Positions 46,427 to 55,904 of a stretch of DNA of 64,000 nt are shown in pieces. The stretch's first letter is position 1; each line of letters starts with the position of its first letter. The notes below the pieces were generated by a model. That model was not told where the DNA came from and searched no databases. It saw nothing but the letters and a program-made list of their open reading frames with translations. The DNA comes from a virus (taxonomy: Duplodnaviria > Caudoviricetes), in IMG/VR virus record IMGVR_UViG_3300033513_000001, positions 25,431 to 89,430 of that record; one strand, 5' to 3'. The translations under genes and the position numbers were made by a program.

Positions 46427-46773
46427 AACTCATCATTGCGGGCGGACGCGACTACCAACTGACCCAAAGCGACTATGACGAACTGGATAAAATTCACGCC
46501 AAAGACCCTGTGACGGAAGTCGTCAGCGGCAGAGCGACAGGCGCAGACACCTGCGGCGAGTTGTGGGCAAAGTCTAGGAACATCCCCATTGTACCCTTCT
46601 CTGCCAATTGGGGTCGCTACGGCAAGGCGGCTGGCCCGATTCGGAATATGGAGATGGCGCAGTACGCCGATGCGGTTGCGCTGTTTCCGGGCGGCAAGGG
46701 AACACAGAGTATGTATGACGAGGCAGAGAAGGCGGGAATCGTCATCTATGATTTCAGGAATAGGGCAAAATGA
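46423..46773 (+). CDS. YspA/DUF2493 SLOG-family protein
   Basis: IIAGGRD, VVSGRATGAD, KAAGPIRN, FPGGKGT. Confidence 0.85.
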   Translation: MKLIIAGGRDYQLTQSDYDELDKIHAKDPVTEVVSGRATGADTCGELWAKSRNIPIVPFSANWGRYGKAAGPIRNMEMAQYADAVALFPGGKGTQSMYDEAEKAGIVIYDFRNRAK

Positions 46774-47123
46774 CATTTGATGAGTGGTACAAGGAAAACG
46801 AGCGCCGTTTCCACACAGGACAGATGAACGAGAAGGAGATCGCTTGCGCCGCGTGGTATGAGAGCACGGAAAAGGACAAAGACATTGCGGAGTTGCGCCA
46901 GCGAGTAGAATTGCTGAAACTTCTATGCGATGAATGGGAGCGCCGCGTTGGAATGGCTCAGTTTGATGACGCATCGTTCTATGAGCCACAGATAGAACAA
47001 TTACGCGAGTCACTGGACAGTCAAGCGAAAAGTTGGAGGCGATTGTGGGAACTTATGAAAAAGGAGTTCAATCAAGGAAAAGGAAACTCAAAGAAAGTTG
47101 ACAAGCGTCTGCGCGGGTGGTAG
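46770..47123 (+). CDS. Hypothetical coiled-coil protein
   Basis: ATGA overlap. Confidence 0.55.
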   Translation: MTFDEWYKENERRFHTGQMNEKEIACAAWYESTEKDKDIAELRQRVELLKLLCDEWERRVGMAQFDDASFYEPQIEQLRESLDSQAKSWRRLWELMKKEFNQGKGNSKKVDKRLRGW

Positions 47124-47126
47124 AAT
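47098..47126 (+). promoter_or_regulatory. Near-consensus sigma70 promoter
   Basis: TTGACA-N17-TAGAAT with extended TG. Confidence 0.8.
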
Positions 47127-47133
47127 GAGACAC

Positions 47134-47233
47134 GTCGAAGGTGCGTTTCGTTTGCCAGCAGACCGCCGCCACTCTGTAACGCTCGCACCTTCGACAAGTC
47201 GGGCAAACGACAGGATGGCGGCGGTTTGCTTTT
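47134..47233 (+). ncRNA. Candidate structured leader RNA with three crossing helices
   Basis: 47134-45/47184-95 (12 bp), 47148-56/47202-10 (9 bp), 47158-71/47216-29 (14 bp, one G-U). Confidence 0.6.
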
Positions 47234-47250
47234 CAAACAGGAGGTAAACT

Positions 47251-48207
47251 GTGCTACTATGCGACAAGATGATAATGGGATTGCAACAAAGGAACAGTTT
47301 AGAAAAATATGACAGGAGTCTGCTAGAGGAACTGAATAAGACAACCGTTATCCTGATTGACAACGTTGCAAGATACTACTATGAGGACTCAGACCAAGAA
47401 TACTGGGACTTGCAGAGAGACTTTCCTAATGTTGCTCCGCCTCTCAGAAGTTTCTTTATGGAGTTCAGTAGTCCCAAATTCGTGAGGCACGAGGGAATTA
47501 TAGACGCGGTAACTCGCCCGACCTATAGGACTGGGCTTCTTTTTTCCTATGATGAAACAAAGGATGTGAAAAACGAGTCAGTTGAAAAGTTTTCCAAACA
47601 AGTTGGAGCGAAATGGATAGCCACCATTGTGATTTTCTACGATTATGGAGGAAACATTAGTCGTGGCCCGATGTGCAGTCTTCTTATCAAGCCAGATGGT
47701 AGAATTGGGGAAATTCCGCCTAGTTTCGTGGTTGGCCTTTACAAGAATTATGTGGACAACATGAGGAAATGTGGGTTCAGCAATGACGAGGTAACTGACT
47801 CTGTGGCAATCACAATTGAGCCCGCTTTGCTGGCTATCAGCTTCATGCACTGCAAGAATGTAACAGTTAGGAAAGTGACAATACCCGCTGGCCTTATCAG
47901 GAAAGCAAGAAAAAAGCACCACCACGAACTGATACGCTACCACATCCTTGACATTGAGCCGATGAAAAAGGTCTTGCGCTCAGAAGGTAACTCAGAAAAG
48001 ACAGGACTCAAGCGCGCGCTACACATTTGTCGTGGTCACTTCAAGGACTACAACGATGGAAAGGGATTGTTCGGCAGGATTCACGGGCTATACTGGTGGG
48101 AGCAACATTTGAGAGGAAGCGTAGAGGAAGGAATCGTAAACAAAGACTACGAAGTACACTCAGTTGATGAGGAGGCGCAAAATGCCATACACAGTCAAGA
48201 CGCTTGA
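47251..48207 (+). CDS. Hypothetical phage protein
   Basis: AGGAGG SD; C-terminal HICRGHFKDY...WWEQHLRG...KDY. Confidence 0.7.
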   Translation: MLLCDKMIMGLQQRNSLEKYDRSLLEELNKTTVILIDNVARYYYEDSDQEYWDLQRDFPNVAPPLRSFFMEFSSPKFVRHEGIIDAVTRPTYRTGLLFSYDETKDVKNESVEKFSKQVGAKWIATIVIFYDYGGNISRGPMCSLLIKPDGRIGEIPPSFVVGLYKNYVDNMRKCGFSNDEVTDSVAITIEPALLAISFMHCKNVTVRKVTIPAGLIRKARKKHHHELIRYHILDIEPMKKVLRSEGNSEKTGLKRALHICRGHFKDYNDGKGLFGRIHGLYWWEQHLRGSVEEGIVNKDYEVHSVDEEAQNAIHSQDA

Positions 48208-49231
48208 TGAACTGATGAACGGCCCAATGGAGATAGATTGGGTTGTAGATGGTATCATGGCCCCCAGAACAAGCGGGATGATCGCGGGTGCGCCAGGAAT
48301 CGGCAAAACATGGTTCACGCTTGACTTTGGTCTATCCTCTGCTCTGCGCGAGACTGGTGTTGACAAGAAGTGGTTGGGATTCTTCAATGTCAAGCCTGGG
48401 CGCGTCTTGATTATTGACGAGGAAAGCGCAGACTTGCTTTTGCGTATTCGGATGTACGACTTGTGTCGCGCATTGGGAATCAACTGGAAGGGACTGCCCA
48501 TCTGGACGATGACAAGTCAGCACGTCAATCTGTCGCCGTCAAAACTTGTCAATGGCGAAGCGACAGAACCCAAGAAGATGAAAGACCTGTACAAAATCAT
48601 CGAACAGGTAAAACCCAATGTCATCATCTGGGATAGTTACGCGAGGATACATCGGTCAAATGAAAACAGCGCCGACGAGATGGCAGCGGTCTTGGAGCAG
48701 TTCAAGCGCATCTGTGACACTTTCGACGTTTGCAATGTCATCAATCACCATCTGACGAAAGCGCCCGGCTTCAAGCAGTCAAACATTCGTGGCTCTGGCG
48801 ACATTCCAGCTTTTCAAGATTGGGCGTTCACCATATCCGGCGGCGGCAAGGGAAAACTGCGTGTGGAACACGTCAAATCCAGATGGGGCAAGGTCATCCC
48901 AACATTTGCCGTTTCCATTGATGAAACTTACGGAATCAAACTCGTTCACGAATCTGCCAGCGAAGAATTGACAACCGATGAACTTGTGTTCAATCTGTGC
49001 AAGGACGGGAAAGAGCGCCAAGACCTGCTTGACGAGTGCGTGACTCGCGGCAGAAGTGAATCCACTGTTGACAGAGCCATTATTCGACTTATCAGGAGTG
49101 GCAGACTTGAGAAAAGCCGCGAGGGAAAGGTTGTCATGTACTACTCAATTGACGATTCCGTTGTTCCAATGCCATTCTACAATGAAAACCTAAAACTGGT
49201 CGTCGGGGTAGGATTAGTGCCAAAAGATTGA
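48182..49231 (+). CDS. AAA_25/RepA-like RecA-fold replicative helicase
   Basis: GGAGG SD; AGAPGIGKT, IIDEE, IIWDS, NHHLTK, RGSGD; possible C-terminal wHTH. Confidence 0.85.
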   Translation: MPYTVKTLDELMNGPMEIDWVVDGIMAPRTSGMIAGAPGIGKTWFTLDFGLSSALRETGVDKKWLGFFNVKPGRVLIIDEESADLLLRIRMYDLCRALGINWKGLPIWTMTSQHVNLSPSKLVNGEATEPKKMKDLYKIIEQVKPNVIIWDSYARIHRSNENSADEMAAVLEQFKRICDTFDVCNVINHHLTKAPGFKQSNIRGSGDIPAFQDWAFTISGGGKGKLRVEHVKSRWGKVIPTFAVSIDETYGIKLVHESASEELTTDELVFNLCKDGKERQDLLDECVTRGRSESTVDRAIIRLIRSGRLEKSREGKVVMYYSIDDSVVPMPFYNENLKLVVGVGLVPKD

Positions 49232-49575
49232 CGAAAATGGCAAAAATTGGGGGTTGCACTGTGCAGCCCCTTTTTGTTGCCAATTGGTCGTCAAAATCGC
49301 CATTTGACAATCTTCACCAAACGGCTTTTGACGACTATACATAACGCCAAAAATACCGCTCTTGACCGTCCGATAGTCGTCAAATCGCAAAAATGACAAT
49401 CTTCAAATGTTCGATTTGACGACGTATAGACGTTTATCAATTCGTCGTCAAAAGTCGTTTCCTTAAGTATCTTGTGATGAAGATTATCAGACTAGGGAGG
49501 GTGCAATGCACCCCTCCCCCATTTTGTCAAAACAGCAAAATGATAATCTTCACGTATGCCCTTTTGACGACTTTG
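49226..49575. repeat. Iteron-like non-coding region (candidate replication origin)
   Basis: TTTGACGAC x3, inverse GTCGTCAAA x3, TGAYAATCTTCA x3 plus one inverse; ~89-bp periodicity. Confidence 0.6.
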
Positions 49576-49591
49576 CATAATCCTTTCCCTC

Positions 49592-49621
49592 TTGACAGAT
49601 AATATAAAATCATGCTATAAT
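49592..49621 (+). promoter_or_regulatory. Sigma70 promoter
   Basis: TTGACA-N18-TATAAT with extended TG. Confidence 0.75.
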
Positions 49622-49653
49622 TCTAATCATCACCAATTACAAAATCATCACCA

Positions 49654-49878
49654 ATGACAAAACTAGGTCGCCCACCCTTAGACCCGAAACCAGAGCAAGC
49701 CAGAAAAACGGCTTTGCTCAGTTTGCCTATTGCGGTGTGGAACACCGTCAGGCTGATGGCAGATGAGAACGGATTATCGGTGAACAATATGGAGATTGTC
49801 TTGCTCCAAGAGGCGCTAGAGGCGAGGAAGAAAAAGAGACTTGAGGAAAGTAAAGTTGAGGTCTTGAGTGTTCAATAA
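49654..49878 (+). CDS. Ribbon-helix-helix-like DNA-binding protein
   Basis: GRPP...LLSLPIAVWNTVRLMADENGLSVN pattern. Confidence 0.55.
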   Translation: MTKLGRPPLDPKPEQARKTALLSLPIAVWNTVRLMADENGLSVNNMEIVLLQEALEARKKKRLEESKVEVLSVQ

Positions 49879-50965
49879 CAGGCAACCGCAGACTAATGGC
49901 AGCAGCGGCGCTTTCTCCGGCATGATGGAGCCAGGCGAGAGGGTAACAAAAGTAGTTACCCAAGAGAGCGAAAGCTCTCTTCTCGTCACTCAGGCCGACA
50001 TCTTGGCCCGTGCCTTGTGGCTGATGGAACTGCCCATTGCCCTGGTGGTCTTGGCCTCGCTTGTAGCTTTGCGCCAATACAGCCTCGTCGTCTACGGTGA
50101 ACTGGCGATTTTGTTTCTGGGAGCCTGCTGGATTCTGCGGAGAAGGAGTCAGGGAGATTGCGAGGTCGGTCTGCCGCTTCTGGTCACAGCGGCTCTGGCT
50201 CTCGCCTATTTCTACGGCTGGCCCTACTTGGTCGAGGCGATGGACTGGTACTGGCGGGGAGCCGTCATCGCGTCTCTGACAATTCTCTATTTGTCCATTC
50301 CAATCTTCGTCTCAAGGCTGGCCTTGTCCTACTCGGTGTCTAGGGAGCTTCTTGACGCCGAATCAAGCAGCATCGCCCGACGCGGGACGGCTTACATGAA
50401 ACCTATCTGGCCGTGGACGCCGCAGAGCGAGGTCGAGGCTTGCGACAATCCGCAACTGACCGACGTCGAGGACATCAGGGGGATTTTGACGGAACTGCTA
50501 CCGAGCCTTCAAAAGCCATCGCCCGTAATCCAGCACGACACTATCATTGTGCCGAGACTGAAGAACGGCAACTTGAGAAAGTCGCCGGAGCCAGGCACGG
50601 ACGAAAAGTGGTTACAGCAGCCCACTGAGACGATGCAGAGAATGAAGGACGAGTGCGGCACGGTTTCGCTCTACATCTGCAAGGCGGGGCGAAACACGGT
50701 CAAAGTCGCCCTGACGGATGCGAGGCGATGGATCAGGCAGGCAAGCGTCGGGAGCGCGACTTTTCGGCATTGGCGGGAGTTGGGCATCCCTGACGAGCAG
50801 CAAAAAGTCATCAGGCGGATTTGTGAATTGTTGGGAATCATCGAGGATTCTAAAGGGGAATCGCGGGAGACGGTCAAGTGGATTCTTGGGCCGAATGAGG
50901 CGCTGGCGGAGTTCGAGAGAGTGTTTAGCGCGGGGAATACAGAAAATGAGACGGAAGCCGCCTGA
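49868..50965 (+). CDS. Multi-pass membrane hypothetical protein
   Basis: Four TM-like segments then soluble domain. Confidence 0.65.
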   Translation: MFNNRQPQTNGSSGAFSGMMEPGERVTKVVTQESESSLLVTQADILARALWLMELPIALVVLASLVALRQYSLVVYGELAILFLGACWILRRRSQGDCEVGLPLLVTAALALAYFYGWPYLVEAMDWYWRGAVIASLTILYLSIPIFVSRLALSYSVSRELLDAESSSIARRGTAYMKPIWPWTPQSEVEACDNPQLTDVEDIRGILTELLPSLQKPSPVIQHDTIIVPRLKNGNLRKSPEPGTDEKWLQQPTETMQRMKDECGTVSLYICKAGRNTVKVALTDARRWIRQASVGSATFRHWRELGIPDEQQKVIRRICELLGIIEDSKGESRETVKWILGPNEALAEFERVFSAGNTENETEAA

Positions 50966-50983
50966 CGAGAGGCAGCTTTTGAT

Positions 50984-51205
50984 CTAGCCGCCAAAGACAA
51001 GTTTCGCACCAGCCTCATGGCGCTCGTCGCACGTATCCTTCGCCTGACAATCAGTGCAAAGCCCTTTCCTGACACACATCACGGGAAGTGCCTCAAGAAC
51101 GGCTTGGATTCCATATTCGTTGACGATTGACAACATGGCGAGATTCTTCTCAAGAGACATATTTGTCAACTTAGGAAAGTGCGAATGAAGTTCCTCTAAT
51201 GTCAT
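50984..51205 (-). CDS. Hypothetical protein
   Basis: AAGGAG SD. Confidence 0.5.
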   Translation of the reverse strand: MTLEELHSHFPKLTNMSLEKNLAMLSIVNEYGIQAVLEALPVMCVRKGLCTDCQAKDTCDERHEAGAKLVFGG

Positions 51206-51247
51206 TTTCTCTCCTTTTCGCGCTATCACGGAGCGCACCCGCCATAA

Positions 51248-51484
51248 TTATGAAAGTGGCTCAAACTCCTCGCCAAGCCGCTTGCAGACAAACTCCGCAA
51301 CAGTGTTGACCCAGAACTTCCTCATCGGTGTTGGCGGATTTTGGAAAATTGACATGATTCCCGCCTTCCAGTGCGGTACGATGACCTTGTTGTACTGGTC
51401 AAGCCCGTACTTGGCGATGAAGACTTTGCGCGCCATTATTCGTTCTGAGCGCGTGACGTTGAAAACTGCGAAATATGCGTTCAT
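51248..51484 (-). CDS. Hypothetical protein
   Basis: AAGGA SD. Confidence 0.55.
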   Translation of the reverse strand: MNAYFAVFNVTRSERIMARKVFIAKYGLDQYNKVIVPHWKAGIMSIFQNPPTPMRKFWVNTVAEFVCKRLGEEFEPLS

Positions 51485-51606
51485 GGATTTTTCCTTTCAT
51501 TTGACGTAACTCTGTCTGTCTGTCCCCCCACCCGCGTTTTCGACCCATCCTGACGAGCCAAAAGTGGGGTAGGGGGCTTTTTTATTGCGTTGGTGACGGA
51601 AATAAA

Positions 51607-52074
51607 TCACGCATTGTACTTACCCAGAGCAAAGCGCAATCTGCTGATTGGCTCTAGGGATACTCTGGCAAACATGGACGAGTACATCCCCTCGTACAGA
51701 CGAGGATAGCCAACAACCATGTGGCTACTCCCGCCATCAGAACTGCTAGAGTAATCAAAGAAGTAAATGTGACTTGTATCAGCCGCAGGTGGCATAGTTG
51801 TACCCATATAGACCACTTGACGCTTGGAAACGTCAAAGTTCTCCTCTTTGCACCAAACCTCTACAGAATGGTATGGGAAAAACTTGTGAAGCAAACCAAT
51901 TGTCTCTGTGGTCTTGAGGCCATCGTCAGGCATCGGGACATCTTTGGGCCATGACCTCTTGTAGCCGAGCAACAGCCTTATGGTTGAGACTGCTGTCATA
52001 ACACAGCCATTTTCCCTTACTATCAGTTCCACTTTGCCCCCATCTCGGAATACCTGCGGATACACACAAGTCAT
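51607..52074 (-). CDS. Hypothetical protein
   Basis: ORF track; leftward cluster. Confidence 0.5.
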   Translation of the reverse strand: MTCVYPQVFRDGGKVELIVRENGCVMTAVSTIRLLLGYKRSWPKDVPMPDDGLKTTETIGLLHKFFPYHSVEVWCKEENFDVSKRQVVYMGTTMPPAADTSHIYFFDYSSSSDGGSSHMVVGYPRLYEGMYSSMFARVSLEPISRLRFALGKYNA

Positions 52075-52098
52075 CCGTTTTTGCTACTCCCATCGTTT

Positions 52099-52248
52099 TT
52101 ATTGCCTATTGCGCCTTCGGCTGGCCTTTGCGGTCTTGCGTTTCTTGAAGTAGCGGCAGTAGCCGCAAAACGCGCATTTCATGCCATAGGGTTGCCAGAC
52201 CAGAGCCTCGCCGCAACTCTTGCATCGCTCAGTTTTTGTCTTGGTCAT
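52099..52248 (-). CDS. Small basic Zn-ribbon peptide
   Basis: MTKTKTERCKSC...CAFCGYC...KKRK; read by eye, below track cutoff. Confidence 0.45.
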   Translation of the reverse strand: MTKTKTERCKSCGEALVWQPYGMKCAFCGYCRYFKKRKTAKASRRRNRQ

Positions 52249-52400
52249 CGGTTCCTCTTTCGGCTGGCGTATTCGGTCTTGCGCCTCGCCTTACGCGCAA
52301 TCTTCCAGTTTCTCGGCTTGCGCCTTGCCCGATTGTGCTTGGATGCGCCAATCGGAGTGTCTTTGCCGAATTGCGCCACGAGCCGTTGTAACCAGTTCAT
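52245..52400 (-). CDS. Small highly basic peptide
   Basis: MNWLQRLVAQFGK...RRKPRNWKIARKARRK; ATGA overlap. Confidence 0.45.
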   Translation of the reverse strand: MNWLQRLVAQFGKDTPIGASKHNRARRKPRNWKIARKARRKTEYASRKRNR

Positions 52401-52412
52401 TTTTCAGCCTTT

Positions 52413-52628
52413 CTAACCCAACCAAAAGTAGTCGGGCTGTACCATTTGTGACGGCAAGACTTTGACATCTCCCGCTCTCAAGTCTTGCCCATTGAGTGCG
52501 GAAGGATGGACAAAGCACACCTCGGCGGCCCGTCCGAACTTGGCGGCGTACACTTCGGCGGCATGGGCGACTTTGGCGGCTAGGGAGCGGTCAGAGTCGT
52601 CAAGCCAGAGCCAATGAGGATGGGTCAT
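52413..52628 (-). CDS. Hypothetical protein
   Basis: ATGA overlap. Confidence 0.55.
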   Translation of the reverse strand: MTHPHWLWLDDSDRSLAAKVAHAAEVYAAKFGRAAEVCFVHPSALNGQDLRAGDVKVLPSQMVQPDYFWLG

Positions 52629-52987
52629 CGTGCTTCCCACAGTCTCTCTTGCGCGTCACGCATTGCTCGCCAACTGTCGCCATTTTGATTGTCCGTCATA
52701 GTCCAGACGAAGTGCAAAGGTTGACCATAGCCATTCTTGGTTTCGGCATGGACTGAGCGCAAGTCGGGGTCAATCTCCCAATGCTCCGCGCCCGTCATCA
52801 CGCCGTAGGTATCACACAACGCGACAACACACGAGCCGTCTTGGTGCTGCACATAGTACGCCTTCTCAAACTTCTGGTTGGTGCGAACTCGTACACCGAT
52901 TGGGTCAATTGAAACTGACACCAATTCTTTATCGGTCAAGAGGCCAGTCAACTCTTTGACCCACGCTTCGGCTTGGTTCTTGTTCAT
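52625..52987 (-). CDS. Hypothetical protein
   Basis: AAGGA SD region. Confidence 0.55.
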   Translation of the reverse strand: MNKNQAEAWVKELTGLLTDKELVSVSIDPIGVRVRTNQKFEKAYYVQHQDGSCVVALCDTYGVMTGAEHWEIDPDLRSVHAETKNGYGQPLHFVWTMTDNQNGDSWRAMRDAQERLWEAR

Positions 52988-53000
52988 CTCTCTTGTCCTT

Positions 53001-53228
53001 TCACACCCCATTGTAGGTCTGAACGGCTACGTCAAGGTACTCGCCAGTGTACCGCCGCTCGCCGTGACCCTCAACCGCAAAGCGGGACTCAATATGGGTG
53101 CTGTTGGTGATGCGAGACTCAACAAACAGGTCTTTGTGTTCACCCGCCCCATGAGACGACGCGATGGTCAATGCCCTGAACCACTCGCCAACTCTGGCGA
53201 CTTCTTCAACCGTTATCGTGTGTTTCAT
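53001..53228 (-). CDS. Hypothetical protein
   Basis: AAGGA SD; tight packing. Confidence 0.55.
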   Translation of the reverse strand: MKHTITVEEVARVGEWFRALTIASSHGAGEHKDLFVESRITNSTHIESRFAVEGHGERRYTGEYLDVAVQTYNGV

Positions 53229-53231
53229 TTT

Positions 53232-53561
53232 TTATCCTTCCTTCGCCAGTTCCGCCTGAATCTCTTTTACGAGTGCAATGTACTCATCATAGTTCATGAG
53301 CGCACTCATTGCCGTAAGCACGCTCATGGTTGGCAGAGCACGGCGCAACAGTTCACGCAGTCGGGCGCAAATCGCCTGAATCTCTTGGGACTTCCGATAT
53401 TGGAAGTTGCCCTCTTCGCGCAGTCGGGCAGCTTCGGCCTCACGGCTCTCATTCTGTTTGATGACTCCCTGCCACAATTCGTCAAAATCGCCCGTGCGGT
53501 ACGCCTCCCGCACCTGCTTTAGACTCACGCCACACAACAGAGCAATTTGTTTCTGTTCCAT
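53232..53561 (-). CDS. Hypothetical protein, N-terminal HTH-like
   Basis: QKQIALLCGVSLKQVRE. Confidence 0.55.
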   Translation of the reverse strand: MEQKQIALLCGVSLKQVREAYRTGDFDELWQGVIKQNESREAEAARLREEGNFQYRKSQEIQAICARLRELLRRALPTMSVLTAMSALMNYDEYIALVKEIQAELAKEG

Positions 53562-53564
53562 TCT

Positions 53565-53762
53565 TTATGCCCCTTTCTCGATTTTCGTTTCCCTTGCTGC
53601 CCTGACGATCTGGGCGGCCCATTTCTTCATCGTCTTTGACCCTGGCGACTTGGCGTAACTCTCCCTGACCTCGGCCAGCACCGCCAAGAGACGCGCCAAG
53701 TAGTCGGCTCGAACAGGGTCAACTTGGCGCAGAGCCTCAAGGGATTGGGTGATGTCGGTCAT
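53565..53762 (-). CDS. Hypothetical protein
   Basis: AAGGAG SD. Confidence 0.55.
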   Translation of the reverse strand: MTDITQSLEALRQVDPVRADYLARLLAVLAEVRESYAKSPGSKTMKKWAAQIVRAARETKIEKGA

Positions 53763-53944
53763 TCAGTCTCCTTCACAGAATCTCGCCTTTCCCGCATTTT
53801 CTCCAGCGAAAGGTCACGGATAAACTTGTGAACAGCCATCTCGCACTCATGGCATAGCCACACGCCCTCACTACCAAAGACGTAAAGGGAAAAGTGATTG
53901 CACTGTTTAGGCCCGTGGCAGATTGAGCAAGGCGCAAGTTTCAT
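53759..53944 (-). CDS. Small Zn-finger hypothetical protein
   Basis: CSIC...CHEC. Confidence 0.5.
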   Translation of the reverse strand: MKLAPCSICHGPKQCNHFSLYVFGSEGVWLCHECEMAVHKFIRDLSLEKMRERRDSVKETE

Positions 53945-53951
53945 GGTTCAC

Positions 53952-54233
53952 CTAAAGAATCTCGCCCTTGCCGCGATTGGCAAAGGCGGATTCAACCCAG
54001 TCCTTCGCGGCCACAAGGTGAATGCTAGAATACTTGCCTGCATCTGGGTTAGCAAGTCTCAAGTCTGGAAAATGCTCCTGCCCAAGTTGGCGCACTGCCT
54101 TGATGCGCTCAATAACAGATTCGGAGTAATTGCAAGTTTGCAACACCAACCGAGCCAGCGCCCGACGTTTCTCAATCGGGTCGTTGGCAGTCTTGGTGAT
54201 TGTCACGGTGTAGCCCAAGATGTTGTATTTCAT
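53952..54233 (-). CDS. Hypothetical protein
   Basis: GGGAG SD. Confidence 0.55.
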   Translation of the reverse strand: MKYNILGYTVTITKTANDPIEKRRALARLVLQTCNYSESVIERIKAVRQLGQEHFPDLRLANPDAGKYSSIHLVAAKDWVESAFANRGKGEIL

Positions 54234-54246
54234 TTGGTTTACTCCC

Positions 54247-54459
54247 TTACGCCAGGTTGTGCCTTTCATTGACAACGGCCTGCAAAGCCTTGACCACAGC
54301 CACGACTTCTGGCGCATCACGCAAGTTAGCGTAGACTTCGGCCATCTCGCACCAGCAACCGCACTTGTCGGGCAAGTCCCAATAGCCGAGATGAAATACG
54401 CCGCCCTCGTTCGGGTTGGTCACGGCATAGACTTTGTACGCCTTGATTTTGTCGCTCAT
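54247..54459 (-). CDS. Hypothetical protein
   Basis: GAGAGG SD. Confidence 0.5.
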   Translation of the reverse strand: MSDKIKAYKVYAVTNPNEGGVFHLGYWDLPDKCGCWCEMAEVYANLRDAPEVVAVVKALQAVVNERHNLA

Positions 54460-54603
54460 TGTTTGCCTCTCTTGGCCGGTTTTGCGGGTCGGCCTGCCCG
54501 ACTTTGTGATTTGAGATTCGCCCCAGCGTTTGCGGGTAAGTCCTGCATCTAGTATATCACATTTGCGCGGTGCAAATGTGAACTGCTGGCACATTGGCCC
54601 GTC

Positions 54604-54792
54604 TCACTTTTCCGTGACAAAGTAAACACGTTTGCGCGGGATTCTTTTTACAAGGCGCATGGCTGGCTTTTCCTGCCATATCTCCCACGCCTTGTTTGTC
54701 GCGCAAAAGAATTGATCTGGTGCAAGCTCGATGACTTGTGTCATGGTGTACAGCCTGATAACGTCGCGCATTTCCTTTCTTGTCGTGTTCAT
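54604..54792 (-). CDS. Hypothetical protein
   Basis: AAGGA SD. Confidence 0.5.
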   Translation of the reverse strand: MNTTRKEMRDVIRLYTMTQVIELAPDQFFCATNKAWEIWQEKPAMRLVKRIPRKRVYFVTEK

Positions 54793-54811
54793 TTCGTTTT
54801 TCCTTTCACTT

Positions 54812-55213
54812 CTAGTCTGTCCACTCATCATGGATCCAGTTTGTGTTGGCGGCTTCTTCCAGTGTGGCAAGTCGCGCCTTGACATCCCGCAAGTCGAACG
54901 AGTGGTAACGCGCCCAACCAGCGGCTTTGTCCTGCGCTTGCTTGTCGTCCTCGGCGTGAAAGGTGAACTCGTAAAAGAAATGAGCGCCATCGCCAATCAG
55001 GTCATGTGTCATCGTGTAGACCTGTTCCGTGATGACGCGAATGTAAAACGGATGCGTAGCCGTCACGTCGCACTTGATACCAGCGGCGATCAACTGAGTT
55101 TTCTTGGCGTATGCTTGCGCCCGATTAGCGTAAGTGACCGCGCTCGGTTTGCCGTGATAGAGTTTCGCCAGAACGGTGATGCCATTGTTGAGTTTGACTG
55201 TCAAAAGTTCCAT
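54812..55213 (-). CDS. Hypothetical protein
   Basis: G-rich SD; tight packing. Confidence 0.6.
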   Translation of the reverse strand: MELLTVKLNNGITVLAKLYHGKPSAVTYANRAQAYAKKTQLIAAGIKCDVTATHPFYIRVITEQVYTMTHDLIGDGAHFFYEFTFHAEDDKQAQDKAAGWARYHSFDLRDVKARLATLEEAANTNWIHDEWTD

Positions 55214-55216
55214 CGC

Positions 55217-55399
55217 TTACCCCTTTTTCGAGTTGAGATGATCTGCCGTCTTGGTGGCGGCCGACTTGCGCTTGAACACCAGATAATCTTTGCCGTCCTT
55301 GACAATGTTTCCAGATTCATCAATGACCGCAAAGCCGCTCAAAAGCATACCGAGATTGCCGTCTCGATGTAACTTGTGGACTTTGGAAACCGTGTACAT
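55217..55399 (-). CDS. Hypothetical protein
   Basis: Tight packing. Confidence 0.55.
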   Translation of the reverse strand: MYTVSKVHKLHRDGNLGMLLSGFAVIDESGNIVKDGKDYLVFKRKSAATKTADHLNSKKG

Positions 55400-55400
55400 T

Positions 55401-55904
55401 CTACTTCGCCTCGTTTAGCCGCTTGTACAACTTGACGCGGCGCATCTTGCCATTACCGTCGGTTCTGTAGCCCATCAGGTTCCCGTCAGGTTGCCAGTCT
55501 TGCATAGTGGCAATGCCGGTTTCGCGGTAATGAACCAGGCAAGCCATGTCGCCATCATGCAGGCGCTTGAGTTCTGCATAGCGGGTTTCGCAATACTGCC
55601 TGGCGCGGCGCTCGGAATGGCACTCAGACACGCCGCATTCATAAGCGTCCACCCAGGGATTAGCCGCGTCAAAGATGCGGTAGTTCGCCATCCAGGTTGA
55701 GCCGACCGGCACAACTTCCGTGATTTCAAGCTGGACATCGGCTGGTTGCGCCATAGCCGCAAAGTTCTTGGCCCAAGCCACAGTTTCCGGGCCGTACCAG
55801 TCCGGGCCATCACTCTTGCCCGTCCAGTGGCCGACCTGATCCCAGTTCAGAATGTCAACAATCCAATTGCAGCATAACTTAGGTGTTTCGTTCGCGTCAA
55901 ACAT
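55401..55904 (-). CDS. Hypothetical protein
   Basis: AAAGGA SD. Confidence 0.6.
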   Translation of the reverse strand: MFDANETPKLCCNWIVDILNWDQVGHWTGKSDGPDWYGPETVAWAKNFAAMAQPADVQLEITEVVPVGSTWMANYRIFDAANPWVDAYECGVSECHSERRARQYCETRYAELKRLHDGDMACLVHYRETGIATMQDWQPDGNLMGYRTDGNGKMRRVKLYKRLNEAK

